This document shows positions 36,318 through 42,573 of a DNA stretch of 59,931 bases, piece after piece. The stretch comes from Candidatus Pacearchaeota archaeon. Lineage in GTDB: Archaea; Nanobdellota; Nanobdellia; Pacearchaeales; GW2011-AR1. The position numbers were made by a program, and so were the translations under genes. Each line of letters opens with the position of its first letter. Position 1 is the stretch's first letter. The stretch spans positions 1 to 59,931 of the forward strand of contig JALUUW010000018.1 of assembly GCA_027021195.1 (NCBI GenBank), written 5' to 3'. The notes beneath the pieces were generated by a model. That model was not told the origin of the DNA and did no database searches. It worked only from the letters and a program-made list of their open reading frames with translations.

Positions 36318-38030
36318 TTAATCGTGCTCTCTTTCTATCTCAGGATGCTCCTTTCCTTTTTCTAACATTTCTATAAGCATACTTATATGCCTCTTTCTTT
36401 CCTCTTTGTATCCCTCTTTGTCAGTTTTAATTGTGCCAATCATCTTTGATACATACTCTCCTCCGAGGAAATGCGGAGTGAGGACATAGGTTGCTCCTTG
36501 CTTATAGAGATCAAGAGCATCTCTTATTTGATGCGCTCTGACAATGATTATCGCATCTTTGTTGACTTTCCTGATTTCTTCAATTAAAAGAATGTTTGTT
36601 TCCACGTCAGGAATGGTTGAAACAGCCAATTCAAGCTTTTCAAGGTCCAGGCTCTCAAGAAACTCTGAATCATAGACATCTCCGTAAACGCATGGGATGT
36701 CAAGCTTAGACAGGTTGTTAACAGTGTCTGGATTGAAATCAACTACTAAGTATTTCTTGTGAATCCTCTTTAAAGCTTTGAGAATCCCAAAGCCTATTCT
36801 GTTATATCCAAAAAGTATTGCTTTGTAATTCTCCTTAACAGAATTTTCATATTTGACATGCTTTCTCTCAAAGATTTGCAGGTATTTTGACAGGTAACTG
36901 TACAAGGTATTGGAGTAGAGCATCATATAAGTAGACCCGGCAATTGTTATAAGCCCTATTGCAGTCACCATTGAGAGTATTTCATTTGTCAGATGCCCCA
37001 TTTTTACTCCAAGGATTATTAAAATAAGTGAAAACTCGCTGATTTGTGCAACAGTCAATCCAGATAAAAAAGCATTTCTTTTTGTATGTCCGAATAATCC
37101 AAGGATTATCATTACAATCAAGGGGTTTCCAATTAAAATAAATAGTGAAAACACAACTATTGGAAGAATGTAGGGAGTTATGTTCATAAATACCATTTGT
37201 GATCCAAGAAGAATAAAGAAAAGCACTATGAAGAAATCCCTAAGCGGCTTCATTTTTGATCCTATTTCATGCCGGTAATTTGTTAAAGAAAGGCTTACTC
37301 CCGCAAGCAATGCTCCCACCTCAATTGAGAGGCCAAAGTAATGGAAGAGGGATGCAAGAGCAAGGCACCATGTAATTGAAAATAGGAGCAATAACTCTTG
37401 AGACTCTGCAATGAATCTTATTGTTTTTGGAATAACATAGATGCTTACTAAAAACAGCATCACCAAAAGCCCTGCTCCTTTAAAGATTGTTCCAAGAGCC
37501 ACGCTGGACAGGCTTGTTCCGTTATCCGGAAGAGAGGATATAATGATCAATATTATAACTGCAACCAAATCCTGGACAATAAGGAATCCGACTGAAATCT
37601 TTCCATACAGGGTGTTTAGGTCTTTTTTATCAGATAAAATCTTCATGATTATAATCGTGCTGCTGAATGTAAGGGCAACTGCTATGTATAGTGAAGCTGT
37701 TGTCGTAAATCCCATGAATTTTGCAATAAGAAATCCTATAACAGATGTGAATATAATTTGCCCCAGTCCTGTTATAATAGATACTTTTCCAACTTCTTTC
37801 AGCACTTTTGGGCTAAGGCTCAGACCAACAATGAAAAGAAGCAAAGCAATTCCTATCTGAGACAGGACACTCAGGGTTTCAACAGAACTTACAATATTCA
37901 GGAAATAAGGACCAAGAGCTATTCCTGCTATGATGTATCCTATAATCATAGGCTGCTTAAATATCCTAAGTATTCCAACAACTAACAAAGTTATTACCAA
38001 AATCAGGCCAATCTCAATAAACAGCTCCAT
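36318..38030 (-). CDS. Kef-type K+/cation:proton antiporter with a C-terminal RCK/TrkA-N domain
   Basis: CPA2 membrane domain plus the Rossmann-like AILFGYNRIGFGILKAL in the soluble C-terminus. Confidence 0.8.
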   Translation of the reverse strand: MELFIEIGLILVITLLVVGILRIFKQPMIIGYIIAGIALGPYFLNIVSSVETLSVLSQIGIALLLFIVGLSLSPKVLKEVGKVSIITGLGQIIFTSVIGFLIAKFMGFTTTASLYIAVALTFSSTIIIMKILSDKKDLNTLYGKISVGFLIVQDLVAVIILIIISSLPDNGTSLSSVALGTIFKGAGLLVMLFLVSIYVIPKTIRFIAESQELLLLFSITWCLALASLFHYFGLSIEVGALLAGVSLSLTNYRHEIGSKMKPLRDFFIVLFFILLGSQMVFMNITPYILPIVVFSLFILIGNPLIVMIILGLFGHTKRNAFLSGLTVAQISEFSLILIILGVKMGHLTNEILSMVTAIGLITIAGSTYMMLYSNTLYSYLSKYLQIFERKHVKYENSVKENYKAILFGYNRIGFGILKALKRIHKKYLVVDFNPDTVNNLSKLDIPCVYGDVYDSEFLESLDLEKLELAVSTIPDVETNILLIEEIRKVNKDAIIIVRAHQIRDALDLYKQGATYVLTPHFLGGEYVSKMIGTIKTDKEGYKEERKRHISMLIEMLEKGKEHPEIEREHD

Positions 38031-38165
38031 TTTATCGCATTTTAGGAGTTAAACGCTTTAGACTCGATTATCCTCTTTTTACATAAATAAAAAAGCTAAT
38101 ATAAAAAGGTTTTTAAACTATTCTTAAATCCTATTTCATATTAAACTATCTAATTTAGATATGAA

Positions 38166-38474
38166 ATGCCAACAGTAAGGGTAAAGCTCAACAGCACAGA
38201 TATAAGCACAATCAATGACATTTGCAATACTATTAAAGAGATAGCATCTAAATCAGGGATAGCCATCAGAGGGCCTGTCCCATTGCCGACAAAAAAACTG
38301 AGAATTACCACAAGAAAGTCTCCCTGCGGAGACGGAACAGCAACTTTTGACAATTTTGAAATGAGAATTCACAAAAGGCTGATTGACATGCCTGCGAATG
38401 AAAAAGTCCTGCATCATATAATGAGGCTTCAGATACCGAAGAATGTCAACATAAAGATTGAAATAAAGGATTGA
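38166..38474 (+). CDS. rps10: Ribosomal protein uS10
   Basis: RVKLNSTD...IRGPVPLPT...FEMRIHKRLID pattern. 102 aa. Confidence 0.9.
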   Translation: MPTVRVKLNSTDISTINDICNTIKEIASKSGIAIRGPVPLPTKKLRITTRKSPCGDGTATFDNFEMRIHKRLIDMPANEKVLHHIMRLQIPKNVNIKIEIKD

Positions 38475-38530
38475 TTGTGGATTGGTTGTTGGTTCTTATA
38501 ATTCTTGAAATATATTTCTTAGGATATATT

Positions 38531-38540
38531 TTTTTATAAA
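38531..38540 (+). promoter_or_regulatory. TATA-box-like element (TTTTTATAAA) 22 nt upstream of the thyX-like ATG
   Basis: Spacing consistent with a leaderless transcript. Confidence 0.35.
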
Positions 38541-38561
38541 GCAGAGTTCTTGTTTTTCTTT

Positions 38562-39692
38562 ATGAAATTTGAATTAATCGGCTCTACAGGAAATATGAAA
38601 ACCCTTGAAGAGATGCTGAAGTTTTCACAAAATTGCGCAAGAGTGTGTTATTCTAAAGAAGATTATGCTGATATTGAAAAAGAGCCATTAAATATGGAAT
38701 TGATTGAGAGAATGATTAAATCGGGCCATCATAGCGTATTTGAACATATTAACTTAACATTCTACATTAAAGGTATTCCGAAAATTCTTGCAATGATTCT
38801 CAATAATGAGAAGCAGTATGCGACTTCTGAAAAATCTGCCAGATATACTCAAATGTCAGACATTAAGCCTGAACAGAAAGAAAAATATGACAAGTGGATG
38901 GAAATACTTATTCCAGAAATAGGCAGAGTATTTCCAAGGCTAAAAGATAGTGAAGAAAGAGAAAAATCAATTAAAAAACTGGCTCAGGAAAATGCAAGAT
39001 ACATGACTTCTGTTTTCACTCCGACAAAAATGGTCCATACAGTTAATTTAAGACAGCTTAATTTTTTAATCTATGAATTTGAGAGATTCCGTGAAAAGAG
39101 CCAGAGAAATTCCTTTAATAATTACTTAAGCTTTTATATGGAAAGATTCTTAGACCAAGTAAACTGGCTAAAAGTGGACGGTCTCGAAAATCAGACAAGA
39201 AGAAAACTTTCCTTCCTGTCAGACAGGATTGTTGAAGAAAAATTCGGAGAGGCATATTCCACTTCTTATTTAATGAGCTTTGCTGGGCTTGCCCAGGCAC
39301 ATAGGCACAGGACAATTAATTATAACATATCTGGAGGAACAGAATTAGAGGCTCCACTTGGATTTTTTATTCCAGACATAATTCCCAGACATTTAAGGGC
39401 CGAATGGATAATGGATTTAAGAGAGATTGCTGAATCAGATTTTCCACAGGCGCAGTTAGTCAGAGTAAATGAGAGAGGCATAAAGGAGGATTTTATATCA
39501 AAAATGACATTAAGGCTGTGCGGTCATGCCCAGTACGAGATAATGGAAAACACTCTGGAAACTGCACTGAATTATGCAGAGCATGACCAAGAGATTAAAG
39601 AGATGTTATCGACAGGAAAACCTCAATGCACTCCAAATGGATGCAGGGGATGCCACTGGGGAAACAGGTATGGAATAAACAGGATTGTTTAA
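38562..39692 (+). CDS. thyX: FAD-dependent thymidylate synthase ThyX-like, double length (376 aa from the first ATG)
   Basis: SGHHSVFEH and SEKSARY lie in the N-terminal half, QAHRHRT and GHAQYEI in the C-terminal half. Adjacent to tmk. Confidence 0.7.
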   Translation: MKFELIGSTGNMKTLEEMLKFSQNCARVCYSKEDYADIEKEPLNMELIERMIKSGHHSVFEHINLTFYIKGIPKILAMILNNEKQYATSEKSARYTQMSDIKPEQKEKYDKWMEILIPEIGRVFPRLKDSEEREKSIKKLAQENARYMTSVFTPTKMVHTVNLRQLNFLIYEFERFREKSQRNSFNNYLSFYMERFLDQVNWLKVDGLENQTRRKLSFLSDRIVEEKFGEAYSTSYLMSFAGLAQAHRHRTINYNISGGTELEAPLGFFIPDIIPRHLRAEWIMDLREIAESDFPQAQLVRVNERGIKEDFISKMTLRLCGHAQYEIMENTLETALNYAEHDQEIKEMLSTGKPQCTPNGCRGCHWGNRYGINRIV

Positions 39693-39701
39693 GCAGATAA
39701 A

Positions 39702-40343
39702 ATGAAAAAAACAAAAAAAGGGCTGTTTATTGTATTTGAAGGAATTGACGGATGCGGAAAAGGGACTCAGCTAAAGCTTGCTCACAATTACTTATGGGGC
39801 TTAAGCAAGGGCATAGACATTTTAACAACAAGAGAGCCGACAAGAGATTTTTCTCAAATAAGGGAGAGAATGAAAAAAGGAAAGAATGTCTTGGATGATA
39901 GGGAGTGGTATGCCAAGATGTTTATTGCAGACAGAACAAGCCACTGCAGGGATTATATTTCTCCTGCACTGGAAAGAGGGACTCATGTGCTTTGCGACAG
40001 GTATAAGCATTCAACTTTAACATATCAGCACACACAGGGAATGGATTTTCAAAAGCTGGTTGAGATGCACTCCAATAAGGAAATCTTAGTTCCTGATCTG
40101 ACGCTGATTTATGACTGTCCTGCAGAAGTTGCTTTTGAGAGAAGAAGAAAAGAGGGAGCGACAGATGTTTTTGAAAGGGATCTTGGATTTCAGGAAAATC
40201 TGAGGGAAAATTACTTGGAACTGCCAGAAAGGCTGCCTGAAGAAAACATAAAAATAATTGATTCAACACCATCTATTGAAGGGGTTTTTGAAGAGACAAA
40301 AAAGCATCTTGATTCTCTCCTGCTTTTCCAAAACAGAAAATAA
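39702..40343 (+). CDS. tmk: Thymidylate kinase
   Basis: P-loop FEGIDGCGKGTQ and a DRY-like CDRY motif. 213 aa. Confidence 0.85.
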   Translation: MKKTKKGLFIVFEGIDGCGKGTQLKLAHNYLWGLSKGIDILTTREPTRDFSQIRERMKKGKNVLDDREWYAKMFIADRTSHCRDYISPALERGTHVLCDRYKHSTLTYQHTQGMDFQKLVEMHSNKEILVPDLTLIYDCPAEVAFERRRKEGATDVFERDLGFQENLRENYLELPERLPEENIKIIDSTPSIEGVFEETKKHLDSLLLFQNRK

Positions 40344-40352
40344 AACCTATAA

Positions 40353-40505
40353 TCATAATCTTATATTATTATCAGGAAGCTTTTTTGAGTGGACATCAAG
40401 TTTTCCCTCTTTTAAGCAGTCCCAGCAGACATGAACACCCCCTTCATTTTCCTTTACTATTCCAGTGCCTCTGCATTTCTGGCATTTAACTACTCCGTGT
40501 TCCAT
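40353..40505 (-). CDS. Small zinc-finger protein (50 aa, MEHGVVKCQKCRGTGIVKENEGGVHVCWDCLKEGKLDVHSKKLPDNNIRL)
   Basis: Hand-translated. CQKCRGTG is a DnaJ-type CxxCxGxG motif, followed by CWDC. Confidence 0.45.
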   Translation of the reverse strand: MEHGVVKCQKCRGTGIVKENEGGVHVCWDCLKEGKLDVHSKKLPDNNIRL

Positions 40506-40586
40506 AAAAGATCATAGTAATAAGCATATTTAAGCTTTAGCATACTTAAGGGACATTTTATAAATAAGATATTTTCTAATATAGAT

Positions 40587-40596
40587 GTGGGATATG
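40587..40596. repeat. 10-nt direct repeat GTGGGATATG, upstream copy (flanks tRNA-Ser)
   Basis: The identical 10-mer is at 40724-40733. Confidence 0.6.
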
Positions 40597-40624
40597 ACTG
40601 TATCTCAGAGGATTCATAAAAACT

Positions 40625-40704
40625 GGCGCCATCGCTTAGTGGTATAGCACACGCTTGGAGAGCGTGGCCCTTTGGGCTCCTGGGTTCGATTCCCAGTGGC
40701 GCCG
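40625..40704 (+). tRNA. tRNA-Ser (anticodon GGA) with a long variable arm
   Basis: Acceptor GGCGCCA/TGGCGCC, anticodon stem CACGC/GCGTG with loop TTGGAGA, variable-arm hairpin GCCC-TTT-GGGC, T arm CTGGG-TTCGATT-CCCAG, discriminator G. Confidence 0.75.
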
Positions 40705-40723
40705 TATAACTTTATTCAGGAAA

Positions 40724-40733
40724 GTGGGATATG
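40724..40733. repeat. 10-nt direct repeat GTGGGATATG, downstream copy
   Basis: See 40587-40596. Confidence 0.6.
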
Positions 40734-40950
40734 GAGGTATTTTCTGGATGGGTTAAAAAACACAACCGAATCACTCAAAATAAGTTCTTTTGATTCTTTT
40801 TTCACCTCTGTAAAAAGGCGTTCTTATTTTATACTTCTGGACTGAATGATTTTCCACATTCATAATTCTTCTTAAAGAAGATATTTTCATGTATAGAAAT
40901 CTTTAAAAACTCATGTCATTTTTATGAAGCAATAAAAACGAGGTTAGACA

Positions 40951-41040
40951 ATGGAGGATGGTTTTAACGAAATCTCTGAAAATGAGATTTTAGATGACGA
41001 AATCGATTCTGAAATTGATTCGTTGGATCTTGATGACTAA
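40951..41040 (+). CDS. Possible acidic peptide (29 aa, MEDGFNEISENEILDDEIDSEIDSLDLDD)
   Basis: ATG ORF preceded by a GAGGT SD-like motif about 6 nt upstream. Below the ORF-track cutoff. Confidence 0.25.
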   Translation: MEDGFNEISENEILDDEIDSEIDSLDLDD

Positions 41041-41079
41041 TCTTTTTCTTCATTTATTCTTTTTTATTTTTTATTTCAA

Positions 41080-42009
41080 TTAAAATGTTTTAGCAGTCTT
41101 TTTTACTTCAAGAATGGCAATGTTATTCTCTTTTTCCAGTTCCTCTGAGGCATAGGCTATTTGGAATTTCAGCCTTTTTACATTCATTTTTGGAATCCAG
41201 ACGTTTGTAAGAAAGATTACTCTTCCATATCCTATCTCCAGAGGAAGCAATCCGATTTCTTTTACGAGCTTATCATCAGCATATATTTTTACAGTAGAAT
41301 TCTTTGATTTTTTAAGTCCGTTATTTCTGATACTCATGTTTACATTTAGATATCTTCCACGCATTATCGCTGAAACATTCTCAAAACCAAGGTCAGGGAG
41401 GCTTGGCACTGAATAAAGTTCGTTTATAAGATTTATTGTATCCTCTCCGATAAGCTGGCTGCATTTGCTGATGCTGTACATGATATTGTCTGGATTGGAA
41501 GAGTGGTCAAACCCTAATGCATGCAGGAGCTCATGCAATGCAACATTTGGTCTCTCGCACTTTGACTCTCTTATAAGAAGAATCTCGCTGTTTAAGATAA
41601 TGTTGAATCTCTCTGTTTTTGTTATATTTACAGGACCTCCTTCTCCTGCAATGAACAATCCTTTCTCAATTCTGTTCTTGCTATCGCATGTTACATATAT
41701 TTCTGCATCAGTGCCTGAAGGATTAAACTCCAGAACTGTCTTATTTGAAATCAGCTCAAATGCCCTCTCCATATTGTATTTTTTTTGCAGGGAGCATTCT
41801 TCGATCTCATAGGAAATGCTCTGTTCCGGATATCTCATTCTCGGATAAAACTGCATCTTGCTTTCTTCATTATTTGAACTGAAATTTGAGTTGTATGATA
41901 ATTGCATGAATTCAGTCATGCTGAAAGGAACAAACCAATAGGAGATTATCAGGGATGCTGCAATCAAGACAAATACAATGCTGAAAAAACCTCTTAATCC
42001 CATTTCCAT
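41080..42009 (-). CDS. Membrane-anchored zinc metalloprotease (metzincin/matrixin-like) with a C-terminal beta-sandwich (CARDB-like) domain
   Basis: HELLHALGFDH zinc site followed by the Met-turn NIMY. N-terminal TM helix. Confidence 0.75.
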   Translation of the reverse strand: MEMGLRGFFSIVFVLIAASLIISYWFVPFSMTEFMQLSYNSNFSSNNEESKMQFYPRMRYPEQSISYEIEECSLQKKYNMERAFELISNKTVLEFNPSGTDAEIYVTCDSKNRIEKGLFIAGEGGPVNITKTERFNIILNSEILLIRESKCERPNVALHELLHALGFDHSSNPDNIMYSISKCSQLIGEDTINLINELYSVPSLPDLGFENVSAIMRGRYLNVNMSIRNNGLKKSKNSTVKIYADDKLVKEIGLLPLEIGYGRVIFLTNVWIPKMNVKRLKFQIAYASEELEKENNIAILEVKKTAKTF

Positions 42010-42064
42010 GAGATGTCACATAATTATATAAATGTGATGCTGCTGATATCTCTCTTCTTTTTGG

Positions 42065-42099
42065 AGATATTGCACGCAGAATTCTAATTTGCAATATCT
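42065..42099. promoter_or_regulatory. Perfect 10-bp inverted repeat AGATATTGCA-N15-TGCAATATCT just upstream of the metalloprotease TATA box
   Basis: Read directly. The spacer contains GAATTC. It could be an operator, or the terminator hairpin of the upstream acidic-protein gene. Confidence 0.3.
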
Positions 42100-42159
42100 T
42101 GCTCAGATATTTCAAGCATTAATAAAAATAAAAAATAAAAAGAAATAGTTTAAGCGTGA

Positions 42160-42357
42160 TTAGTCAGAATCTTCTTCTGAGGATTCTTCCTCAGGAGCGT
42201 CTTCTTCAGAAGCTTCTTCAGATTCTTCGTCCGATTCACTCTCTGATTCCTCTCCTTCAGATGATTCCTCCTCTGATTCAGAGGTTTCATCACTTGGTTC
42301 AGAGGATTCCTCAACAGCTTCAGGCGCTTCTTCTGTTTGGTTTGTTTCTTCTTCCAT
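42160..42357 (-). CDS. Extremely acidic Ser/Glu-rich protein (65 aa from MEEETNQ)
   Basis: Long open frame in an AT-rich genome, composed almost entirely of E/S/D/A. Lies upstream of and co-directional with the metalloprotease. Confidence 0.45.
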   Translation of the reverse strand: MEEETNQTEEAPEAVEESSEPSDETSESEEESSEGEESESESDEESEEASEEDAPEEESSEEDSD

Positions 42358-42573
42358 CTTAAACCTCAAATTTAAGTGTGGATGAAAATTTGTTTTATCT
42401 TTTAAACTTTTTGTCCCACTCTGAAGCGACATTTGTGGCTAAAAACATTGAGTAAATTTTTTAAATTAATGATCCTTTGGGAATTGCCTATGATTCTCTG
42501 TCTTAAACGCTTCGGCTTGCCTTGAAAAAGCATTATTCGTTAGATTATTAAATCCTTCTGCAATGTTGTTTAT

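Noticed and set aside
40667-40679. The GCCC-TTT-GGGC hairpin in tRNA-Ser, considered as a non-canonical intron.
   Set aside because: Its position (after the anticodon stem), its size and the discriminator G fit a class II long variable arm of tRNA-Ser. The anticodon GGA is consistent with that.
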